A stretch of 64,000 nt of DNA from Dimorphilus gyrociliatus. Its lineage: Eukaryota > Animalia > Annelida. Where the stretch lies: contig CAJFCJ010000001.1 in the NCBI GenBank assembly GCA_904063045.1, forward strand, positions 1,860,001 to 1,924,000. Reading direction: 5' to 3'. The notes under the pieces are model-generated. The model made no database searches and was not told the origin of the DNA. It worked only from the letters and a program-made list of their open reading frames with translations. The translations under genes and the position numbers were made by a program. Every line of letters starts with the position of its first letter. Positions within the stretch are counted from its first letter, which is position 1. Below, one piece after another: positions 52,503 through 64,000 of this stretch.

Positions 52503-54806
52503 ATGTCAGGCATTGGGAGCTTAGCGTTTGACGAATATGGAAGACCTTTCATCATTATGAAGGATCAAGAAAAACAGAAGAGATTGACTGGAATTGAAGC
52601 TCACAAGGTATGGGACATGACTTGCTATTAGTTACCGGCATTTGTCTCACGTGTTTTTTCTGTCCGTTATATCCACTCCTCTTCTATATCGATTCTTCTT
52701 ATCTTTTTCGTTTTTTAGATTTATAAATAAATTTGTGACCAACAGTTAAACTTATTACCTGATTTAGGTTTATTTACTATCCTATATATATGACTATGAC
52801 ATTCATTATATCTGCACTCAGAATTCATTTTTTTAGCAATTACTAAATATTTTTTAAATTTTTTCAGTCTCATATTTTGGCCGCTAAAACAATCGCATCC
52901 ACTCTTAGGACATCTCTTGGACCAAAAGGATTGGACAAAATGATGGTTAGTCCTGACGGTGAAGTGACTATCACTAACGATGGAGCCACAATCTTAGACA
53001 AGATGGATGTTGAGCACCAAATTGCTAAATTGATGGTTCAACTATCAAAATCTCAGGATGATGAAATTGGAGATGGTACAACCGGAGTTGTTGGTACGTA
53101 TAAATGTTTTATGAAGAACTACAAAGTAAAACAGTGCATGACGAATTTCTAGTATTTCAAATTTTCAATATTAGATCAGACATCATGCGAAAGTAAAGTG
53201 GAAAAAAATTTTTTGTTAATATCTAGGTTTTTAAAATCTTGAAAATTTAATAATTTGCTCCCAACATTTCAGTTTTGGCAGGCGCCCTGATTGAACAAGC
53301 AGAGCAATTGCTTGATCGTGGAATCCATCCGATTCGAATTGCTGATGGCTACGAGATGGCGGCTCAAGTAGCTGTTAAGGAGTTGGATAAAGTTGCAGAA
53401 TCGTTTCCGATCGACTTAAAAAACCCAGACAAATTGATTGAAACTGCTATGACAACCTTAGGGAGTAAAATGTGTGAAAAATTGTTGAATTTTGTAATAC
53501 CTAATGTCTAAGCTATTTCTTCACTTTCAGTATCAACAAGTGCCATAGGAAAATGGCTGAAATAGCTGTGGATGCTATATTGAGTGTTGCAGACCTTGAG
53601 AGGAAGGATGTAGACTTTGAACTAATTAAAGTCGAAGGAAAGGTTGGAGGAAAATTAGAAGACACAGTCCTTGTTAAGGGCGTTATAGTCGACAAGGATT
53701 TTTCCCATCCACAAATGCCCAAAGAAGTTAAGGATGCTAAACTAGCAATCCTCACCTGCCCATTCGAACCACCGAAACCAAAAACAAAGCATAAGTTGGA
53801 TGTTACAAACGTAGAAGATTACAAAAAACTGAGAGAATATGAGAGACAAAAATTTACAGGTATACTCTGACATTTTTAAATCATTAAAATTTAGGTAAAT
53901 TTAATACTTTTTCACAGATATGGTTGAATTAGTAAAAAAGGCTGGCGCAAACTTAGTTATTTGTCAATGGGGCTTCGATGATGAAGCTAATCATCTCCTA
54001 CTCCAAAAAGAATTACCCGCTGTCCGTTGGGTTGGAGGTCCAGAAATCGAGTTAATTGCCATCGCAACTGGAGGAAGAATAGTACCCAGATTCGAAGAAT
54101 TAACAACTGAAAAATTGGGGGAAGCCGGAATTGTTAGAGAGCTATCATTTGGCACAACCAAAGGTTAGCTTTCCTTAATTATGATATAAAAGACCAATTT
54201 AGACCAATTTTGACTTTCAGATCGCATGTTGGTCATTGAGAAATGTAAGAATTCGCGAGCAGTAACAATCTTCATTAGAGGAGGAAACAAAATGATCGTG
54301 GAAGAAGCTAAAAGGTCAATTCACGACGCTCTTTGTGTCATACGGAACTTAGTAAGAGATAATCGTATTGTTTTCGGTGGCGGTGCTGCAGAAATTGCCT
54401 GCTCTTTAGCCGTTGGAAAAGAAGCCGACAAAATATCTACTCTAGAACAGTATGCAGTGAGAGCTTTCGCAGAGGCTCTTGAATCTGTTCCTCTAGCACT
54501 GGCTGAAAATTCAGGTCTCCCTCCCATCAACACCTTAGCCGAGGTCAAGTCTCAGCAAGCAAAAAATGGAGATCCAAAATTAGGAATTGATTGCTTAAAC
54601 AAAGGAACTAAGGGTATGATGTTTATTTTTCTTATTAGTATAGAAATTGTATTAAATTTTTAAAATTTTTAGATATGAAAAAACAACAAGTTTTCGAACC
54701 ATATTTATCTAAAAAGCAACAAATTCTATTGGCTACCCAAGTAGTAAAGATGATTCTGAAGATAGACGATATTAGAGCTCCAGCTGACATGGGACTGGAT
54801 ATGTAA
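52503..54806 (+). CDS. CCT5: T-complex protein 1 subunit epsilon, 7 exons
   Basis: [101 protein letters not shown]. Confidence 0.98.
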
Positions 54807-55134
54807 TAGTGTTTACATGTTTGCTTTTTGTTTACTAAGCATATTTTTTTTAAATTCAACGAATATATTCTCTCAGCTAAGGAGTTTGACAAAAAATTGC
54901 AAAATATTGTGTACAACGCTTGAGTATAATTTCGCGCAAAAAGTATTTATTTGTAAATTGAGTGGCAAAACAATATAAATCAAAAATTTTAAATAATATT
55001 TGAATGTATTTTTGGAATGAGAATTATTAGTCTACTTTTAACATAGTAGATACTTAACTTATCGAATGTGAAGTGTAGTGTTGAAAGATTTCACGAAGAG
55101 CAAATTGTTCAAAATTTAGAATAGAATAGATTAT

Positions 55135-58100
55135 TCACAGGAAATGTTTAGGTAAAATACTAAACGGCAATACAGGTTTAGTAAGTTCTAACTCAGCTGC
55201 GGTTGAGAAACAATCCACGGCATCATTTGGGTCGCCAAGATCATGGACGACTTGGCCCAAAAGACTCCTGAAGAAAACAGAAACTTACTTTTGCAAAAGA
55301 TACATGATATCTAAAAAATATACCAAGCTTCAGGACATGTAGGATCAACGTTTATGGCATCTCTAAGCATCTTTTCACTCATTCTAAGTTGACCAAGGGC
55401 TTGATAGATGATACCCTATATGAAGGAAAAAATTTTTACAAATTGTAGACTGTTTATATTATAAGTTTTAACAATTATACCATATGCTGATAAGTCTTCA
55501 CATGGCAACTATTTATGCTTAGTGCATTTTCATAACATTCCTTCGCCTCGCGAAATTTATATCTCATTTCAGCCAATCTTCCTTTCTGATAATTTTTTAT
55601 GATATATTTGGGTTGTAGTTTTTACTTGAACATCTCAAAAAGCTCTTGATATGAAGTTACTTACCAAATAGGCCACTAAGTAAGATAAAGGATTTATTAC
55701 ACCGGCTTCTGTAACGCAACGTTCGGCGTCTTCCAACCGTCCTTCTTCGAGATATAATTCGGCTAAAATATGATTAGTTCCAGCAATTAAAAGATGTATT
55801 ATATACTAATATATATTTATATTTGATAAATTATATGTGTATATCAGTACCTAAGTGAAGCCATATTTGAGATTGTATAACCCAAGGCTCACTTGGGCCA
55901 GGCTTTTGTTCAATTTTAGAGCCAACAGAAGACGCCAAATCAGACAACTGAGCCTCAATTTTCGATGCACAAATGGATTCGTTTCTAACTGATCCCGCTA
56001 TATTAGAAAAAAAAAAGAAATATTATCGAACAGTTCCGGATAAATATATAACCTGGAAATTTGATGAAGAATATAAAAATATAGCTAAAAGCCAATAAGT
56101 TAACCCATAATAACTCGCAAAAGCAACAACTTAGTATTTGCTGTTTGGCAAACAACTTTAGATAAAAAAAAAAGGTAAACTAGAGCAAAGAAAAGAATCT
56201 AGAAGGTGGCAAAAGTTAAAAAAATATTGAGGAATGGGGGATGCTTAACGTGCTCTATCCGCCTAAAGTACCTTTGAATTGTTCTGGCACTTGTAAATAT
56301 ATACGATCTGTATCAGATTCACAAAGAATTCCAGGATCAGAAAATCTTCGTTGAGTTAAATCGTGTTTCACTGGTGAAGATTTTTAACAATAACAATTTT
56401 GAGGTGATATAAAATTGAAAGGTTAGACGAACGACATATAAAAGTATTTAAAAAGATAGGATGTGCAAAAGTTATATAATATAGAAATAGGGCAGCTAAA
56501 TAAAGAGAAGTTGTCTGTTAATCACTAATGTACGATTAATGCTCACCCGATTCCCTATCGGATAACTCATTCAGTTGTGTATGAATCAAAGATCTATGAT
56601 CCGCTGTGCATTTATTCAAGAGTCCTGTTCCCCTTTCTTGACCATCTAAACCTTTTTCAAACATTTTCTTCCATAATTTCAGCATGGAAAGACATGTCGA
56701 TAAAGCTTCATCAAAACCAACTGCAACAACTTGCAAGCGAGATTTTGTGAACAGCAAGCTAAATCAAGTGAAGATATAAAAAATAAATGTATTGGTTTAA
56801 CGTTGAACATGCGAAATTATGTACCTAAAATTATCAGGATAATCCACAACAGCTGCGACAATAACATTTAATGCTTCGTTAAATTTTTGTTGAGATGATA
56901 GCAACAAAGCCAAGAGATGTAGAGAATGTACGTGATCCGGTTTCTTTTTCAAAGCCAACGTTATTGTTCTCAAAGCATCATTAACCTAAAACGTAAGAAA
57001 GAAACTTATATTGTAACATTATTATAGAGTATATTTATTTCTTTCTGGGAAAGAGAAAAATTATAACAATTATTCATTTGCTGAGTAATCAAACATTTTC
57101 ACAGGAAAAGCGAATTCAGTGAAGTATAGTTAGTGTAAACAGATATATATATATATATATATATATATACTGTATATACAGTATATATTTATACTATTAT
57201 ATACTGAATATATGTTATATTTAAATAAAACGTACATATATATACAGTATAAAATAATATTAGAATATATATATACTGTATATAAATTTATATATATATA
57301 TATATATATATACTATATCTTGAAGAAAATTGGGTATTGATTGGTCTAATGAAATTATTCGAAGATTTGCATTGAGAAATATAAGACTACATTAAACGTT
57401 ATACCTTTCCTTCATTTTTCTTTATAAAAAATGAAATTACTTTCATAGATTTTAAAAAATAAATATTTGTCTATAAAGACAAAAAATTACCGATCTATTC
57501 AAAGCTTGTTGTAAAGCTATATGGTACAGAGGTAAATAGTTTTCCGGATCGAGGGAATGAGCTCTGTTAATTGGAAAATATAAATGTATGAGAAATACAC
57601 AATAAATAATTGCAATATTTTCGTTACTTGTCAAAGCAAGCGCTTGCTTTTTTTCTATATTCAGCCTTCTCTGAATGAATTTTGGTCTCATCAACCATAA
57701 GAGTATATCCCACACCTAAAGCCAATAAAGCCCTCGATTTAATACATTTATTAGTATTTTCAGTAAGTTTGATAGCTGTTTTTGTCCATTCTATTCCCTC
57801 TTTAATCTATAAATTAAAAACAATTAAACCTTAATATTAAAAAAAATATCATAGGTGACTCTGTTTCTACTTACGTCTCGAACGTGATCAAAGCATATTT
57901 GAGCTGCCTGAAGGCATACTACATAGTCATTTGGTTTTATTTTGTGGCACCTTCGGAATGCTAACAAAGACCTATCATACTGAAAAATCCGTTCGATGCA
58001 ATTATAAAGTAACAATGTGTAATTAAACAAACTTGTCGAGCTGCATAGAGTGATAAAGCAAATTGCCTCCAAATGTGAATTTCGTCAAAAGCAAATTTCA

Positions 58101-60346
58101 TTGCTCTTTCAAATGTCTGTTAAGTTTTCACTTTTAGATCAAACAGCTATTTGTATGAAAATGATACAAACTTGAAAAATAATATTAAATTGTCCATGTT
58201 TCGTTAAAGCAATAGTAATAAGATCGTAAACTGCCGTGGCATTTTCAAAACGTCTAATTCTCTCTTCACGAAATTCTGGACGTCTTGTTACCAGAGCTTC
58301 TCTCGTTACCATTGTATCGGCAATAAGTAAAAGTAATAAAATCTCACTGAGTAAATCTTCTGGAACGTATAGACTGTTGAATGACAAAATTGATCAGATT
58401 ACAAGATGTGTTTTTGGAAAAATATTGTTGCTGATCAAATTGTTCAGATTTAACAATAGTTTATAAATATGCAATTACTTTGCACTAATTAGAGTGAATG
58501 ATTAACAGGATATATTAGTATATTCTAATATATACAGTGTGTATATATATATATGATCTTTGCACTTTATTTGTAATAATAAATGTGCAAATTTCATTCA
58601 TCTTACAATAAGCAAGTGATTAATTTTATAAATCGATTAGAAACTGTTTTAAAGCTTTGTCGTTTATGTTGATTTACCTAGTTTCTCTTAATTCAAAAGA
58701 ATTAAATGGTCTTCGAAACATTGGTGAACGTCTAAAATAATTGATAAATGAACCAAAGAAAAACACTAGTTAATAAAAACAAAAATAAAACGAAGAAATA
58801 AAAGAATCAGAATAAAACGTTAGAAAGATTAAAAATTTATCTAAATTGGTGTTTGCTAAATTCAAATATTATTTACTTTATAAGAAAAACATTTATCATA
58901 TACTGTATAAATAAAATACCCTACCTTCCGCCGTCATATTTTTTGGGTTTTGGAGAAGAGGGTGCACTTGGAGGGGTCCTATGTGTTGATAGTACTTCAT
59001 TTTTGTTCAAAGGTATATAAGTGCTCTCGCAAACTCCTCTCAATAATAATTCAGCTAGCTGACGGGCTAAAGTCTGTGAATAAATGATAAAAAATTTTAT
59101 TATTCTTAATAGAAATGTAAATTTAGATAGCTACTTGTCTCAAATGAGGGATTGAAGCTGTCTCAACACACTGTAACACCTCTCTTGACCTAGAAATACC
59201 TTTCTGTAAATCCCTGTTAACAAATAAAAATATTTTTGTTAATAATAACTTAAAAATTATGTTTATATACCCTTTAACTATATAGGCTAAAGGTGACTTT
59301 TGCATGGATTTTTCTATAATAGAACCTATACCAGGTAAATCAATAACTTCTGGTTGAAGCGACGCATTCCAAGTAGATAAAGTTGACATAGTTTTATTTC
59401 TGAGTGATTGTATCTGGAAAATATTTATTTAAATCATTTTGAATTTTTAGCAACACTAATAAACAAACAAAAACTTACTAGCAAAAGAGCCAAATCTCCT
59501 GCTCTCTCAAAACAGCTAATTATAGCATCCTGATTATTTACACCCTTAAATTTTGAAAGACGATTTGAGCTATTGCTATTTTCCAAGCATAAACCTTTAA
59601 TTGAAAAAGCTTCGGCTATTAATTTCAATCGTCTTATCGGAATTAGGTTAGTATTCAATGATTCCAACTTCAACTTTTCGTAATTTTCTAAACAGATCGA
59701 AAAATCTTTGCATGCAAAATATATTTTAACTTTCAAGAGGTTTGCTTCAAGCTTATATTCTTTCTGTCAAAGACATTTGTATAAATAATCATAACTCATT
59801 AAGTTTTGATAATACAAACTATTTCGGTTTTTCTTATAATTTCTTTAAATGTTGTTATACAGTGTTGGAACGTATCGTTGTGTGATATTGAAAAATTGTT
59901 GTCATTCTCAATAGGATATTCATGAAAGTGACGTTCTAGTTTGCATTCCGCTGATACCAGAAGCAAATAATCCTCTGCAAGTCAATATTAATAGTATTAT
60001 GATTCTGTTTAGGATATGCTACGTAGTCAATGCTATATAAATAAATTTTAATCATCACTCTTTTATTTGATGATTTATATCAGTTTATACGACTCTTATA
60101 AACATTATTAAAATCGTTTATATACAATAATTATAATTATTGAATGAAATACACTTATTATCGCTCCTTTAGAATAGCCCCTATTAATTAGATCGAAAAA
60201 GTCAAACAAAAAAACTATCTACCAAGGCCTTTAAATTTTCCAACATTTTGCTTTGTAATATCGTCAACTTTGGCCCAATTCGCTTCTCCCCTAAACTTTT
60301 CAATTTCATCCTCGAGCTTTTTAAGAGCTCTGGATTTGTTCGCCAT
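55135..60346 (-). CDS. TTC7: Tetratricopeptide repeat protein 7 (TTC7A/B co-orthologue, PI4KA complex), many exons
   Basis: N-terminus MANKSRALKKLEDEIEKFRGEANW; DNATAVYDLITIAL-like segment (FENATAVYDLITIAL), HSLDPENYLPLYHIALQ, GSVRNESICASKIE..PW..QSQIWLHL, C-terminus ELELTKPVLPFSILPK. Confidence 0.92.
57143..57311. repeat. (TA)n microsatellites and TA-rich low complexity in a TTC7 intron
   Basis: TA runs at 57143-57169 and about 57291-57311. Confidence 0.9.
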
Positions 60347-60495
60347 TTTAACGAAATATTCCGTTCTTCTAATTCCGTTTTAAATTTAGTGCACTTTCTT
60401 TTATCGAAGCATCAGATATTATCTTTATGACTAATTTATAAAGTTTTAAATAATCTCACATAATGATGTGAAATGCTTTATTTTAGACAATTATA

Positions 60496-60529
60496 GCGCA
60501 TGCGTATTGTAGATATGAATGACTTCCGG
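60496..60529. promoter_or_regulatory. NRF1-like (GCGCATGCGT) and ETS-like (ACTTCCGG) motifs in the TTC7/DTYMK divergent promoter
   Basis: Both motifs lie in the 211-bp gap between the two start codons. Confidence 0.45.
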
Positions 60530-60557
60530 AGAGCTATATCAGTTTTACCGCGCAAAA

Positions 60558-61440
60558 ATGATAAGAAGGGGTGCTTTGATTGTGTTGGAAGGATGCGACA
60601 AATGCGGTAAAACAACTCAAGCTAAACTCTTAGAAGAGTCGTTAATAAAGCATGGACTGTCTGTTCAATTTTTACGGTTTCCAGGTTAGCTTTATTATTT
60701 TTATCATGCCTTTTTTGAGATCGCACGTTTCTGTAGATCGCCAAACTATTATTGGTAAAATGTGTAATGATTACTTGCGGATGACAACGGAGTTAGAAGA
60801 TCATGCTATTCACCTCTTGTTCACAGCAAATCGATGGGAGCTGGTGTAAGCAAATAGAATATGAAGAGTACCCATTAAAATTTGTCATTTTCAATTATCT
60901 GCTAGACCGAAGATGATCAAACTGCTTGAGTCTGGAACAAATTTAATAGTTGATCGATATTCATATTCTGGCATCGCCTTCTCAGCTTTTAAAAAAGTAT
61001 TTACGAAAGTTTTTTTTCTTTTTCTAACTTTCTCGTCCCTAGAATGTAGACTTAAGCTGGTGCAAGCAAATGGAATCAGGACTCCCGAAACCCGATGCCG
61101 TTTTCTATTTGGACATTAATGATGAGGAAGCTTCTAAACGGGGAGATTACGGTAGAGAACGTTATGAAAATAGGAATAATCAAATTAGGGTGGCAGAGAT
61201 ATACGAGACTTTTAAAAAAGAAAAATATTGGAACGTCAGTAAATCATGTTACGACCGATCTAAATGTATTTAATTAATTTCCTTCTTTATTAGATTATTA
61301 ATGCGAACAGATCAGTTGAAGATATCCATACAGATTTGTTTAGATCAGCTTTGAAAGTTATTACCGATTCTGGGGATAAAATTATAAGCAAACTGTGGGA
61401 TCAAGAACAACATGATCAAGGAGATTTTATCGAAAAGTAA
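60558..61440 (+). CDS. DTYMK: Thymidylate kinase, 5 exons
   Basis: [21 protein letters not shown]|[48 protein letters not shown]. Confidence 0.97.
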
Positions 61441-64000
61441 TGTTCATTTATGTTAAAGTTCTTATAAGTTTTTTCTTTGAAATAAACCAACTTACAATAT
61501 ATTAACAAGTTTGTTATATAACTATTGAATATAAATAATCATAAGTATAGAGATCTTCCATTATTACTCTTTTTGATATTTCATCTTAATCCTGCTAAGA
61601 TACTTGAAGATTTTTTTCTAGGGTTTAGAGCGATAAAGAAGCCATAAAAACATTCCAAAAGAGAAAAATATTGTCGTAAGGAGATTTAAAAGAAACAAGT
61701 TAGCGTTAAATTTTAGGCGAAAAAATAGAGATGCAATGTTGATGAATGAATCTACTGTATTTAAGACTCCAGTGAATGAAAGTATTTTTATTCTTTCAAA
61801 ACAGGCACTTTACAACGAGATTGTTAGGCTTTCACAGTTCAGGATAATTTTTCTCAGCACAGTAATAATTCTTTAGCATGTATTCTGTATTACTGCTAAC
61901 TATTTCATCATGAAAACTCTTTACTTCTAACCTTTACTCTATTAATATTGTTCTAAGTTTACATTAGACAAAATAATGGTACAGACGTATTTTTGCACTA
62001 TAAAAAAATACAAATAGATGAAAAGCCTCCAAAAAGAATTCTAGTAGAAAAGCCAAAAAGAATTTATTTTCTAATTTAGTTTCGTTTTGGGGAAAAAAGC
62101 AAAAATAATCCAAACGGATATATATTGCTTATTCACATCACGAAAAACGTTTTCTCAAGCCTATCCGTATTTTATTTAATTAACAGTTTTTTGAATAGCT
62201 ATAAGACTAGTAAAAAACAAGATAATGTTATAAAAATAGGAGAATAATTGACTTGGTATACTTAATATTGTAGTTATGAATTAATTAAATACAATGAAGA
62301 AGTCTTAATTTCGTCTGTTTGGAATAGACAATAATATACTTCTACAGAGAAATACATTTACCCAAATTTTTCATCGATATGGCTAATCTCGAGAACCTTC
62401 AAGAGGCCTATATATCTATTAGATTTTCTTTAGATCCGATAGGAATCGTTCGTTCTAAGAATATTTCACTAAATTTGCAAATTTTGAGGAAAGAGTACTT
62501 TTCTCACCTTTTTTCTTCTTTTGTCAATCAATCTAATAATAAATTCAATTGAAGTTGGATTTTTTTCCCGTCTCTTGGTCTTTCCTTCATCGTCTCTTCT
62601 GGTAGTCCTCAACTTGATATTACATTTCTTCTGTTCAGTTAACTGTTAGATTTCATCGATTGGATTTCAGCTGTGTTATCAGTTCTATGACATTCCCTTT
62701 TAAAGGCGAATAATCCGTAAAAAAAGTTCATCCTATTTCATTCCTAAGTAATAAACTAGAGTAGAATACGCTATTTATCATAAGAGAAGATTATCCAGAT
62801 CTTTTCCAAGATGTATCAAGTAGAACGCTAGTGGTCTTAGTTTTTTAATTTTTGTTTGAGTCTTAGATTTTTAGTAATTGTAGAATAAAGCTGTTCATCT
62901 TATTCCTTCTCTATGCCAAAAAGAATCATATTCTATTTGGTAAAACTTTTGGTTAACCGGTTAATCTACAAACAAGTAGACTTAATAAAGCAATTTTTTA
63001 GGTTTAATTTGTATTTAATGAAACTTCTCTTCTTTCCTCCTACGGTTTATATAACAATGGTTAATTGCAAATTTCTAGTGAACTTCTATCAATGAAATCC
63101 GATTAGTAGAAAGGAAAACTATTTGTCACGTTCCACGAAATTTAGCGGAATAAGCTCCGTATTTCTCTTCACGGGTAAATAATACTTCTAGTCTAGTCGA
63201 AACGAAGTGTTGCAATTATTGTGTTAAGACATCGTTTATGCATCACGTTACAGTGATTTCAGGCCTACCTTATAGTTATTATAATAAAATCGAATAAAGC
63301 ATCTTTCGCAAAGAAAAAAAGTGTTGTTGTTGATAGGTTCAGCCAAATTTCAGAGTTTATTGAAGAGGTTTGTTTAAGCAACTTATAATTTAAAGAATAT
63401 AGGAAAGAATATTAATCCTTTCCCGGAAGAGTTCCTTCATATTTCGGCCTTTGCAACGCCACCTATGCAGATCTTAGTGAGCAGTTTTACAAGACTGTGA
63501 ACTTACGTTGGTGGTCTAGGAACTGTTAACGAACAACATAGAGGTAAATCTTTTCTTAAGAAATTACAGTTATAGTCTATGAAGTTGATAAGTATAATAT
63601 TTAAGAGAGCTTAATATATAATACGATATCATAAGAGTGCAAACAATACTTTTCTGGAGCATAAATGTAATTATCTCGGAAACAAAAAACCAATTGAAAG
63701 TCACCAATTTGAGCTAATTGTCAACTTTTCCTGGAAAAAGTTATGGCTTCTGTGATTAGCGATAAAACATTGTTACTGTGAAATATAGGAAAGGCAGCAT
63801 AAGAATCATTTTTAAACATTTTCAAAGTATTTAACTAATATATTTATAATATAATATATACTATATACTGCAAAAAGATTCTTCCTTTCAAACTATTATT
63901 GCCTAAATGAGAATACTTGAACCATATCTATGTATTCTTTTTTAGAACGTTCTAAACGGATACTATTTCTATTGCAGATATTATTACAGGTTTACTGACT

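Overview
AT-rich, gene-dense nuclear DNA of an invertebrate animal. Most introns are GT-AG and about 55-65 nt, and most gene neighbours are under 1 kb apart. This style fits a miniaturised spiralian genome such as the annelid Dimorphilus gyrociliatus, which is an inference. I hand-spliced 18 protein-coding genes: SPAST, NDUFB2, COQ3, NAGPA, an NRY-motif class A GPCR, a tandem Ly6/three-finger GPI protein, an orphan coiled-coil gene, a GST-theta-fold gene, PSTK, DIMT1, FBXO4, a polycystin-1-like gene, DLG5-like, an ER cyclophilin, UBR4, CCT5, TTC7 and DTYMK. I saw no rRNA, no convincing tRNA, no CRISPR array and no recognisable transposase. Most interesting: (1) a polycystin-1-like gene that seems to encode only TM1-PLAT-TM2-5, with no ectodomain and no channel half; (2) a GST-fold protein with an MGC acylation start that lacks the catalytic and glutathione-binding residues; (3) a 15-bp junction holding the stop codons and candidate poly(A) signals of two convergent genes; (4) a 124-bp PSTK-GST spacer with a perfect branch point and acceptor but no poly(A) signal; (5) an ER cyclophilin with its own UPRE/TATA promoter, apparently nested in a 6-kb first intron of a shortened DLG5. 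Family assignments come from motif recognition by eye, not database searches.
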